Counted from the stretch's first letter, positions 1-7,486 are shown. The stretch: 31,755 nucleotides of DNA from a virus (IMGVR_UViG_3300048080_000224:1-31755), one strand, 5' to 3'. Notes: generated from the sequence alone by a model not told the origin. Numbers and translations: made by a program.

Positions 1-1
1 G

Positions 2-559
2 CGGGCACTTGAAAACCGCAATCCACTCACGGACGAGGAGCGGGTGGGCTTGCTCGTCCCGCTGAACAGCGTCCCGGCTTCGGCATTCGATACCAACGGC
101 ATGACGTACCAGCAGCGGGTCGAAGCGGCGGGCGTGCTCGTCCGTGCCGGTTTCGAACCGATCGGGGCGCTCGTAAGCCTCAATCTGCCGGCCGTTGAAC
201 ACACCGGACTGGTCCCAGTCACGGTAACGCTCGACCCATCCGCCCTACCACCCAAACTCTCAACGCCAACACCGGCAACGGGGCCGAAAAATGACAGAGA
301 GGCCGTGATGCGTGGGACTACGCGAAGGGCGATGGAGTCCGTTGTGGAACTGCTACGTGAAGACGCCGCGAGCGAAGACCAGATGGGCAGCTTTATGACA
401 GCGCTGGCCGAGTCAAGGGCGCAGCCGCCCATCGTAAACGTGCATACCGACTCGTTCGTAGAGGCCATTGATGACCTCAAGGCACTGCTGGCCGAGCCGA
501 AAACTCGCCGGATCGAGCGAGATGAGAAAGGGCAGATCGTGAGGATCATCGATGGCTAG
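2..559 (+). CDS. Portal protein, C-terminal part (5'-truncated by window edge)
   Basis: Frame is open from base 2: RALENRNPLTDEERVGLLVPLN resembles the R..EN..P....L.PLN end of HK97-family portals, followed by a C-terminal extension. Lies upstream of protease and capsid. Confidence 0.75.
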   Translation, partial: RALENRNPLTDEERVGLLVPLNSVPASAFDTNGMTYQQRVEAAGVLVRAGFEPIGALVSLNLPAVEHTGLVPVTVTLDPSALPPKLSTPTPATGPKNDREAVMRGTTRRAMESVVELLREDAASEDQMGSFMTALAESRAQPPIVNVHTDSFVEAIDDLKALLAEPKTRRIERDEKGQIVRIIDG

Positions 560-568
560 GAACAGCTG

Positions 569-997
569 ATGGCAGCCGGAGCATGGACGTTCACCAACGG
601 CGGCAGGACGAGCCTGCTCGATGGCACATTCGACCTGAACACCGACACCTTCCTGATGGCGCTGTTCCTGTCGACGTCGAACATCGGCGCGGCCTCGACG
701 ACGTACGCCGGTGTGACCAACGAGCACGCCAACGCGAACGGCTACACGACCGGCGGCGTCTCAATGGGTGCGCTCACGCTGGCCGGGACTACGACGGTCA
801 CGGTGGACGACCCAGCCGATGTGGTCTGGACCGCCTCGGGTGGATCGATCACGGCGCGTTTCGCGGTCATCTATGAGTCTGCTGGCAACGTCCTCTGCTA
901 TGCCCTGCTCGATTCGACGCCGGCCGATGTGACCGCGACCACCGGCAACACGTTGACGGTCGCCCTCCACGCGAGCGGCATCTTCACGCTCGCCTAG
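569..997 (+). CDS. Putative virion structural protein (142 aa, Thr/Ala/Gly-rich, beta-rich)
   Basis: Strong codon bias; NGYTTGG and VVWTASGGSITARFAVIY segments resemble uncharacterised phage structural proteins; head-module position. Confidence 0.6.
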   Translation: MAAGAWTFTNGGRTSLLDGTFDLNTDTFLMALFLSTSNIGAASTTYAGVTNEHANANGYTTGGVSMGALTLAGTTTVTVDDPADVVWTASGGSITARFAVIYESAGNVLCYALLDSTPADVTATTGNTLTVALHASGIFTLA

Positions 998-1009
998 TCA
1001 AGGGCTCCC

Positions 1010-2470
1010 GTGGCCCTCTCGCCCAAGACTGCCGGCACGTGGGCGCGCCTCGTCGTTGACGGCACCGTTGCCATTCCCGGCTCGCCTGCAGCGGGCGACC
1101 GGATGTTCCTCTTCGCGTCGTGGAAGGACTGGGCCATCACGGTCGCCCAGCCTTCCGGCTGGACGCTGATCGGCACGGAGTTCGCCGACGGCACCGTCAA
1201 CGCTGGCGTCAGTACCGGCTCCGTCAAGGTCATGGCCTGGTACCGCGATTGGCAGTCGGGTGATACGGCGCCGACGGTCGACTGGTCGGCCAACCCGACC
1301 GAGGGCCACGTCGTCATCATGCTCTGGCAGAAGGCGGCGGCCGACATCTGGGACACGCCGCTGACGGTCACGGCGGGGATCGCGGCCGCCGACCCCTTCA
1401 CCGTCAATGCCAGCAGCACCGTCGACGTGCCCTCGGGTGGCGTCGTCATGGGTCTCATCGGCCTGCGCGACGACTCGGCGACGATCGCCCGTGCCACTGA
1501 CGCCATCGACGACACGGGCGCGCTCGTGACGTGGAACGGCAACTACGTCGAGAACCCGTCAGGACACTTCACCAGCACGACCGGTCAGGACATGTCGGGC
1601 GACCTCGGCCACCGGCTGGTCACGACGGGTGCAGCTGGTGTCACCCTGCACATGGACGGCGACCCGGCTGCTGCGGAGACGGGGGCCGCCAAGTTTGTCG
1701 TCCAGGGCGTCCACACTGACACGACGGTCACGCCGGACGTCGCCAGTCTGACGACGGCCACCTTTGCGCCGACGGTCACGGCGACGCAGAACCAGCTCAT
1801 CACGCCGGACACGCTGGCGCTCACCGCAACGACATTCGCACCGGCCGTCACGGCGACCGATCACAAGGTCGTTACGCCGGGTATCGCCGCGTTGGTCACG
1901 ACGACGTTCGCGCCCGTCGTCGGCCTCGGTGTCATTCCGGGTACGGTCGCGCTGACACTGGCGGCGTTCGCGCCGGCGGTATCGGTCAGCGACAACGTGA
2001 CAGTCACACCCGGTGTGGCGAGCCTCGTTACGGCGACGTTTGCGCCGACCGTGCTGACGCCGGTCCTCTCGACGCCAGACGTAATCGCCCTCGTCCTGAC
2101 GACCTTCGCATCGACGATCGGCGTGTCGGACAACATCGTCGTCACGCCGGCTGTCACGGCATTGGCGCTGAGCGCCTTTGCGCCGGACGTGACCGTCGGT
2201 GGTGGTAGCGTCGTCGTCACGCCGGGTGTAGCGGCGCTGGTCCTGACGGCGTTCAGCCCGACAGTGGTTGCGACTGCGACTCAGATCGGCAGCGGAGTCG
2301 CTCGACGCCAGCGCCGGTTCGGGATTGAGCCCATGCGCTTCGCGCCGACACTGATACCGCCCAGCCAGCACGTGACAGTGATGCCAGCTGCGGCCTCAAT
2401 CGCCCTCACGACGTTCGCGCCGACCGTCATCGTCAATGACGACGATCTTGTCCTGCTGCTCACCATGTGA
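1010..2470 (+). CDS. Repeat-containing putative virion fibre protein (486 aa)
   Basis: N-terminal globular region, nine TPxxxxLxxxxFAPxV-like repeats, acidic/Leu C-terminus NDDDLVLLLTM. Confidence 0.6.
   Translation: MALSPKTAGTWARLVVDGTVAIPGSPAAGDRMFLFASWKDWAITVAQPSGWTLIGTEFADGTVNAGVSTGSVKVMAWYRDWQSGDTAPTVDWSANPTEGHVVIMLWQKAAADIWDTPLTVTAGIAAADPFTVNASSTVDVPSGGVVMGLIGLRDDSATIARATDAIDDTGALVTWNGNYVENPSGHFTSTTGQDMSGDLGHRLVTTGAAGVTLHMDGDPAAAETGAAKFVVQGVHTDTTVTPDVASLTTATFAPTVTATQNQLITPDTLALTATTFAPAVTATDHKVVTPGIAALVTTTFAPVVGLGVIPGTVALTLAAFAPAVSVSDNVTVTPGVASLVTATFAPTVLTPVLSTPDVIALVLTTFASTIGVSDNIVVTPAVTALALSAFAPDVTVGGGSVVVTPGVAALVLTAFSPTVVATATQIGSGVARRQRRFGIEPMRFAPTLIPPSQHVTVMPAAASIALTTFAPTVIVNDDDLVLLLTM
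1730..2428 (+). repeat. Nine imperfect coding repeats (~20-25 aa period, core TPGVAALxxTxFAPxV)
   Basis: Read directly from the translation of 1010..2470: eight tandem copies plus one after a spacer. Confidence 0.9.
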
Positions 2471-2475
2471 GACCG

Positions 2476-2740
2476 ATGGCTGAATGGACCGCCGCTTACA
2501 TCAGACGGCGAACGGATCCTGTCGCCTATGAACGGATGCTGGCGTCAAACCGGGTGTGGCATGCCGCGAACCGGCCGCGAGTGCGAGAGCGACATCGGGT
2601 CTGGCGCACGGCGGGGGTCAAAGCTCACCTTGCCGCTTACCAGCGCGGGTGGAGAGCGCAGGCCGGTGCCGTCCCGCGAGCGTTGCGATCTGAGTACGAC
2701 TGTATCGCTGGTGCTCGCAATGCAAACAATCGATCGCGGC
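2476..2740 (+). pseudogene. HNH endonuclease, 5' fragment (interrupted by IS)
   Basis: Arg-rich helical N-terminus. Joins 6513..6727 in frame when the IS and one TSD copy are removed (480 nt, 159 aa). Confidence 0.9.
2733..2740 (+). repeat. Target-site duplication, left copy (ATCGCGGC)
   Basis: Identical to 6505..6512 and abuts the TIR. Confidence 0.97.
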
Positions 2741-2761
2741 GGTAGTGTCTCAGTTTGAATC
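2741..2761 (+). repeat. Terminal inverted repeat GGTAGTGTCTCAGTTTGAATC
   Basis: Exact reverse complement of 6484..6504; GGTA start is IS1-like. Confidence 0.97.
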
Positions 2762-3373
2762 GGGCGGCTCCGCCGTGGCCTCCTGGGCGGCAGCCTGAAC
2801 TGAAGCCACGACGCTGCGAGGCGTGACCAGCGTCCGCGTGTCGTTGACGTGGTAGAGGAAGTTCAAATCATCGAGACGGATGGCGAGTCCGTTGCACGCC
2901 TGCTGCAGGTGATACGAGGGTCGGATCGCGAAGTACGCATTCCGAACGACGATGCCATGCGCCACTGCCTCTTGGACGGGCTGGCAGAAGTCGGCGTCGG
3001 CGGCCAGCAGGATCAGCGTATCGCAGGCGTTAGTGACGGCGAGCTTGTAGATCAGGAGCGTGAGCGTGCTGTCCGTGCCCTTCTGGCGCGGTTCACCACC
3101 CGGCCATTGCAGGGGCAGGATGTCGACCTCCCAGCCGAGCGTATCCCGCAATACGCCGTTGAAAAACTGCTCCTGCTTGGCCTTCACGACCGGGTTTCGT
3201 TCGTTGATCGAGTCGACGTAGTGGACGCCAGGACCGGTCAGGTTGTAGTTCTGGGCGAGTAGCCGAGCGAGCCGCTTTGGGCTGTATCGGTAGCCCTGCT
3301 CACGGAACGGCTTGAAGACGTTGAACAGATAGCCGCCGTCGATCACGATCCGCAAACGGTTGCTCGTTGCCAC
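2750..3373 (-). CDS. NYN-domain (LabA/DUF88, PIN-fold) putative RNase
   Basis: Motifs IVIDGGYL, QKGTD, LILLAADADF and SYHLQQAC. SD AGAGGA 7 nt before GTG. Stop codon lies inside the TIR. Confidence 0.9.
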   Translation of the reverse strand: MATSNRLRIVIDGGYLFNVFKPFREQGYRYSPKRLARLLAQNYNLTGPGVHYVDSINERNPVVKAKQEQFFNGVLRDTLGWEVDILPLQWPGGEPRQKGTDSTLTLLIYKLAVTNACDTLILLAADADFCQPVQEAVAHGIVVRNAYFAIRPSYHLQQACNGLAIRLDDLNFLYHVNDTRTLVTPRSVVASVQAAAQEATAEPPDSN

Positions 3374-3498
3374 AGACTCATCCTCTGCCCTGCGTGGAGG
3401 GCTGCTAGATAGAGGAAAGGCTAGTGCCCGAAGGGGGCACTAGCCTGAGTCCTTGAATACCCGCGCACGCCAAAGACGTGCGTGGGGGGTCCTTTGAG
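3374..3498 (-). ncRNA. Candidate structured leader / cis-encoded RNA upstream of the NYN gene
   Basis: Three hairpins: ~3460-3486; perfect 12-bp stem 3418-3429/3435-3446; SD-sequestering stem 3381-3416. Lies downstream of a near-consensus promoter. Confidence 0.6.
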
Positions 3499-3504
3499 GC
3501 CTCT

Positions 3505-3533
3505 ATACTAGGTTTGTCAAGAGGGATTGTCAA
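3505..3533 (-). promoter_or_regulatory. Sigma70-type promoter for leader and NYN gene
   Basis: TTGACA (3533-3528), 17 nt, TAGTAT (3510-3505). A second TTGACA lies inside the spacer. Confidence 0.75.
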
Positions 3534-3574
3534 CCACGATTTCCACGACTGAATGCCACTTATCCACACTACAT

Positions 3575-4411
3575 TCAGTCCAGAAGCGCCGCGATCTCCT
3601 CACACGTCCAGATGTGATCGGCGATCCCGGCCGCCATCGCCGGGGTTCGCGGGTAGGGGTTCGCCAGCGACTTATGTGGTCGCCCGAAGTTGTAATACAT
3701 CATGTGCAAGGCGACCGACGCCGCGTGATTCTCGACCTTCTTTGAGAAGGCGTTTGTCAGCCGGGTGAACCGCCGATTGCCCATCCTCATGGTCAAGTTC
3801 GACCGCTCGACGTAGCTCGTGCTGATCTTCGCCGGGTCCGGATCGCCCTGAATGACCCGCACTTCCTCATCCAGCACGACGGGCGGGCTAAACTTCCGAT
3901 CCTCGTTCGGGTCCGTCCCGTAGTACTTGACCAGCATCGCGTAGTCGACCTCAGAGCCGAACGCTTCCTCGACGGCTGCCAGGTAGGGCTTGTGGCCGTC
4001 CGTGGTGAGCTGCACGCGATACCGCAGCCGATCGGCGAGGTCCAGTAGGAAGGCTTGGCAGTCAACCGCGTCCCGTAGACCGACGCGCCACGCGGGCATG
4101 AGCTTGGTGTCCGGGTCGATGCAGGTCCACGTCCACACGTCGCCCCAGCCGAACTCGCCCGCGTGCTTTTCAGGCACGTTGCGGTTCTTCGCGTGGCAAA
4201 AGGCCCACAGCTCGTCGCACTCGATCCGACTGCTCGTCAGGCCGCGCAGGTGTTCGTCCTGGTAGGCGGCGCTCGCCGCGCCCAGCTCGACCAGCAGCTT
4301 CGTCACGGTGTTGATGGACCGTCCGGTGATCCGGGTTGTCGACCGTAGGGAGTTGCCCTCGACCAGCAGTCGGATGATCTGCGCCCGTTCTGCTCGGCTC
4401 AGCCTGTTCAT
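3575..4411 (-). CDS. IS1-family DDE transposase (278 aa, single ORF, N-terminal HTH, no Zn finger)
   Basis: ECDELWAF, TTDGHKPY, TSYVERSNLTMRMGNRRFTRLTNAFSKK. ATG 4411 chosen because a -10-like CATACT lies 6 nt upstream. Confidence 0.93.
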   Translation of the reverse strand: MNRLSRAERAQIIRLLVEGNSLRSTTRITGRSINTVTKLLVELGAASAAYQDEHLRGLTSSRIECDELWAFCHAKNRNVPEKHAGEFGWGDVWTWTCIDPDTKLMPAWRVGLRDAVDCQAFLLDLADRLRYRVQLTTDGHKPYLAAVEEAFGSEVDYAMLVKYYGTDPNEDRKFSPPVVLDEEVRVIQGDPDPAKISTSYVERSNLTMRMGNRRFTRLTNAFSKKVENHAASVALHMMYYNFGRPHKSLANPYPRTPAMAAGIADHIWTCEEIAALLD

Positions 4412-4420
4412 GTGAACAGT

Positions 4421-4467
4421 ATGCTTGAGGAGTGTGACAGCTAGCATGTCACGATCTCCTCAAGCAT
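4421..4467. promoter_or_regulatory. Inverted repeat / operator-like site upstream of the transposase
   Basis: ATGCTTGAGGAG (4421-4432) and CTCCTCAAGCAT (4456-4467) form a perfect 12-bp IR, with an inner GTGACA/TGTCAC pair. Confidence 0.7.
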
Positions 4468-4487
4468 CTAATGACCGCCCGGGCTTG

Positions 4488-5537
4488 TCACTTGACGGCG
4501 TGCAGGCGCGGCTTCTCCCCGAACAGGCTCCTGAATTCCTCGGCAGGCAACCCAGCGATAGACACGAGGTCCTCGACCGAGTACTCGTGCTCCTGCTGGT
4601 GCAAGTTCATGATGGCCGTCACGAGCGTTGGGGCTTCGGTGGGGACCTCGACAGGCTCCATGAGCCGATAGCCAAGACGACTGAGCTGGGCATACAGGCC
4701 TTTTGCTCGCCCGGGCGCTATCACCCCGAGATCGCGCGCTCGGAGCACGAGCGCCGCCATCGAGACCTTCCAGTACGGCTTCAACTGCGCCGCTTTGGTC
4801 AGGTCGAGTCGGAGGAGATCAGACCGGATTTCTCGAGCGGGCATGAGGAACTCTGCGGCGAACTGGTCGGCCTCCTTCTCCATCTCCTGGTTCGGGATGC
4901 GGTGCATTACCATATGGCCCAGCTCGTGTGCCAACGAGAACCGGAGTCGATCGCCCGAAGCATCAGCGTTCAACAGGATGACCGGCGGCATGTTCGGGGG
5001 CCAATGGCTGACGGCATCGAGCTGCCGCGTGCCGAAGGAGATCCGGTAGACGATCCCTCCGGCGGATTCAAGCGCCGCGACGAGGTTGCCGACAGGGCCG
5101 AGTGGCAACCCCCAGCTCGCACGGACCATCTGCGCGATGCGCTGAGGCGATCCGCCGTACTCATCAATATCAAGGGTCGGGAAGGCGTTCGCCGCGTCGA
5201 TCGCCACATCGCGCAGCAACGGGGTGATCCCGATGCGAAGGACGTTCGCGGCAGCGTGGACAAGGCGGAGTGCCCCAACCGGGAGCGTCGCCTGCTTGCG
5301 ATGAAAGATGCACGCAGACCCGAAGCCGTAGACCTGATCCGTGCGGTAGAAGAAGTCCACGGGCCAATCGAGGGCCTCGGCGAGCCTCTCCACGGTGTCG
5401 CGCGGCGGCTCGAAGATGCCGTTCTCAGCTTTCGAGATGTAGCCCTGCGTCAGCCCGGCACGCGAGGCCAGATCGGACTGAGTGAGTCCCCTGTACTCGC
5501 GAACGAGGGTCAGCATGGCCGGATTCGGGCCAGCCAT
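4488..5537 (-). CDS. XRE-HTH + ImmA/IrrE Zn-metallopeptidase fusion (RmrA-like putative antitoxin/regulator)
   Basis: N-terminal REYRGLTQSDLASRAGLTQGYISKAENG HTH; RFSLAHELGH (HExxH); EKEADQFAAEFLMP. Confidence 0.93.
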   Translation of the reverse strand: MAGPNPAMLTLVREYRGLTQSDLASRAGLTQGYISKAENGIFEPPRDTVERLAEALDWPVDFFYRTDQVYGFGSACIFHRKQATLPVGALRLVHAAANVLRIGITPLLRDVAIDAANAFPTLDIDEYGGSPQRIAQMVRASWGLPLGPVGNLVAALESAGGIVYRISFGTRQLDAVSHWPPNMPPVILLNADASGDRLRFSLAHELGHMVMHRIPNQEMEKEADQFAAEFLMPAREIRSDLLRLDLTKAAQLKPYWKVSMAALVLRARDLGVIAPGRAKGLYAQLSRLGYRLMEPVEVPTEAPTLVTAIMNLHQQEHEYSVEDLVSIAGLPAEEFRSLFGEKPRLHAVK

Positions 5538-6146
5538 CTACTCGGCTTCCGCTTGCTCCGTCCGCTTTGGCCGGGTCGAGCGCGGGGTCGCGGGCGTTGG
5601 GCCGGTGGAGTCGATGGGCAGCGCGACCGGGGCCTCGTCCGACTGCGGCAGGTCGATCTGCCACACCACGCGGCTGCCTCGGATCAAGACGAGCACGAGC
5701 CGCTCAATCCCGGTTTCGAGCCGATCGAGGACATAACCCGCAACGACCATCGGAACCGGACTCCACAGGGACAGTTGCAAGCCGCCACCAGCGACCTGCT
5801 CCTGATTCGCGAAGAGCTGCTGCTGGCCGGTCGGGATGCCTCGCATCCTGAGGCTGTTGTCGAGCTTCTTAAACCGCATCAAGGCCTGAACGAAGTCCAG
5901 GATGAGGAGGCCGTGGCGGCGCTGCCTGCCGATGCCGCGAACGTCTTCGAACAGCTCCTCCGCCTTCGCCGTGGCGTGATCCCATACGATCCGGGCGCGG
6001 GCGCTCTTGCCGAGCCGCCGACCCTCGGGCGTCGCCCGAACTGCAGCCCACGCGGTCCAGCCCGCGAGAAGGCAGTCGACGATCAGCGAGAAGTGAGGTG
6101 CGAACAGCCCGCGAGCCTCGTCCTCGGAGATGAGGTCGTCGTCCAC
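5538..6146 (-). CDS. Putative toxin partner of the XRE-ImmA protein (RosmerTA RmrT-like; inferred from context)
   Basis: 202 aa; its stop abuts the ATG of the peptidase gene; own promoter; RFKKLD...PT.QQ..F...VAGYVLD segment. Confidence 0.55.
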   Translation of the reverse strand: MDDDLISEDEARGLFAPHFSLIVDCLLAGWTAWAAVRATPEGRRLGKSARARIVWDHATAKAEELFEDVRGIGRQRRHGLLILDFVQALMRFKKLDNSLRMRGIPTGQQQLFANQEQVAGGGLQLSLWSPVPMVVAGYVLDRLETGIERLVLVLIRGSRVVWQIDLPQSDEAPVALPIDSTGPTPATPRSTRPKRTEQAEAE

Positions 6147-6152
6147 AACGCA

Positions 6153-6181
6153 ACGATAGGTCTGCAGCCTGCCAAAGTCAA
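6153..6181 (-). promoter_or_regulatory. Promoter for the toxin-peptidase operon (leaderless)
   Basis: TTGACT, 17 nt, TATCGT, 6 nt, GTG(6146). Confidence 0.75.
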
Positions 6182-6199
6182 CGCCAGAAATGAACGATT

Positions 6200-6439
6200 T
6201 TATGAATGACGCGCCCAGCGGGCTTCGGCTGCACGCTTCGCGATCTCCCGACGACGCTCGGGACTGAGTTTCGCTGCCCGCTTCGGGCCTCCGATCAGTC
6301 CGCCACGCCGACCTAACTCTACGGATGCCGGGTCTTTTGCCCGTTCAGGTTCAGGCTCAGGGTCCGCCTCGCCAGCGGCCATCTGAACCGTCAACCAGGC
6401 GCGTTGGTTCATGTCGCGCGGCATCTTTCGCTTTTGCAC
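6200..6439 (-). CDS. Small basic IS-associated protein (79 aa, GRRGGLIGG/KGG-like motif)
   Basis: KDPASVELGRRGGLIGGPKRAAKLSPERRREIAKRAAEARW; first gene inside the TIR, with its own promoter. Confidence 0.75.
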   Translation of the reverse strand: MQKRKMPRDMNQRAWLTVQMAAGEADPEPEPERAKDPASVELGRRGGLIGGPKRAAKLSPERRREIAKRAAEARWARHS

Positions 6440-6442
6440 CCC

Positions 6443-6478
6443 TCAAGCATGCTCCGAACGCCGGAGGGGGTCAAGCAT
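6443..6478 (-). promoter_or_regulatory. Promoter of the small basic gene, overlapped by two ATGCTTGA boxes
   Basis: TTGACC, 17 nt, CATGCT, 6 nt, GTG(6439). TCAAGCAT at 6443-6450 and 6471-6478. Confidence 0.7.
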
Positions 6479-6483
6479 CCGCT

Positions 6484-6504
6484 GATTCAAACTGAGACAC
6501 TACC
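6484..6504 (-). repeat. Terminal inverted repeat (GATTCAAACTGAGACACTACC on + strand)
   Basis: Exact reverse complement of 2741..2761. Confidence 0.97.
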
Positions 6505-6512
6505 ATCGCGGC
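6505..6512 (+). repeat. Target-site duplication, right copy (ATCGCGGC)
   Basis: Identical to 2733..2740. Confidence 0.97.
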
Positions 6513-6727
6513 GCATCGGCCAGGTGGATCGAATTACGACGGGCCAAGTTCGAGCCGTCATGTCGATAGGCATGTGTGCCCAATGCGGCAGTTCGGCTCA
6601 GCCGACACTCGATCACATCATGCCGCTGTCGCGCGGCGGATTGAATGTCCAGACCAATCTCCAACGACTGTGCTTCCCGTGCAATTCGGGCAAGCGAGCC
6701 GCACTACCAGTAGAGGTGGCAGCGTGA
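6513..6727 (+). pseudogene. HNH endonuclease, 3' fragment (catalytic domain)
   Basis: CAQCG...TLDHIMPLSRGGLNVQTNLQRLCFPCNSGK. No independent start outside the IS. Confidence 0.92.
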
Positions 6728-7467
6728 TGGATCGCAAGGCATTTACCCCGATCGAGGTGAAGCTCGATGAGACTGGCTCCATTGAGCTTGCCTTCTCCCG
6801 CCTGAATGTGATCGACGCCGACGGCGACGTGACGCTGACGGGGGCGATCCCGGCCAAGGATGTCCCGATGTCGGCTTATGGACATACGAGCTGGGATGGA
6901 GCACTGCCGATTGGGAAAGGGTCGATCTCAGAGCAGGGTGGACTCGGCGTGTTTAAGGGCCGCTTCTTCCTGGAGACGACCCATGGTCGGGATGCCTACG
7001 AAACGGTAAAGGGACTAGGCGCGCTCGCCGAATACAGCTACGGCTACAACGTCATCGACGGCGGGCCGGGCACGTTCGACGGCAAGCGGGTGCGCGAGCT
7101 CCGCAAGCTCGACGTATTCGAGGTCTCGCCTGTCCTGAAAGGTGCCGGCGTCGGCACCGCCACACTCGCGATCAAGAGCGGCGCACCGGCATCCGATGCG
7201 CCGTTTGTCGAGCAGCTCTCCTGGTACTCCGAGGGACTGCCGGCGCTTCTAGATCGGATCAAGGGCCACGCCGCCGCGCGTGCCTCGGAGGGCCGCAAGC
7301 TCTCCCGGGCGGACCGTGCGGCGCTCGAGGAGCTTGTCGAGTCGCTCGACGGGCAACTCACCGCGGCCCGCGATCTGCTCACGGTCATCGACCCTCCGAA
7401 GATGGTCGATCCCGTGACGATGGACATCTACGTCGGCGAGCTTCGGCTCCTCGGCGTCGAGGTCTGA
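6727..7467 (+). CDS. HK97-family prohead maturation protease (246 aa)
   Basis: IDADGDV..GA, YGH, YSYGYNV, RELRKLDVFEVSPV..GA. TGATG overlap with the HNH stop. Confidence 0.9.
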   Translation: MDRKAFTPIEVKLDETGSIELAFSRLNVIDADGDVTLTGAIPAKDVPMSAYGHTSWDGALPIGKGSISEQGGLGVFKGRFFLETTHGRDAYETVKGLGALAEYSYGYNVIDGGPGTFDGKRVRELRKLDVFEVSPVLKGAGVGTATLAIKSGAPASDAPFVEQLSWYSEGLPALLDRIKGHAAARASEGRKLSRADRAALEELVESLDGQLTAARDLLTVIDPPKMVDPVTMDIYVGELRLLGVEV

Positions 7468-7486
7468 CCCACCCTTCCGGCAACCG

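Larger units (their letters stand above)
2741..6504 (-). mobile_element. IS1-family (ISMhu11-like) transposon with passenger genes, 3764 bp
   Basis: Perfect 21-bp TIRs, 8-bp TSD, single-ORF IS1-type DDE transposase, four passenger genes all on the minus strand. Confidence 0.95.

Noticed and set aside
1730-2428. CRISPR-like or ncRNA array
   Set aside because: Repeats are degenerate at DNA level and conserved at protein level. No identical repeats with spacers and no cas genes in the window.
4488-5537. ImmA-type antirepressor of the phage repressor
   Set aside because: The gene lies within the IS boundaries, is fused to its own XRE domain and is coupled to another partner; nothing links it to the phage switch.
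4425-6209. 594-aa plus-strand ORF
   Set aside because: Antisense shadow of the toxin and XRE-ImmA genes; no motifs; typical of high-GC DNA.
6404-6727. Stand-alone 107-aa HNH ORF and protease start at 6574
   Set aside because: The 6404 start lies inside the IS and reads through the TIR; the real N-terminus is at 2476. The protease more plausibly starts at the TGATG overlap at 6727.
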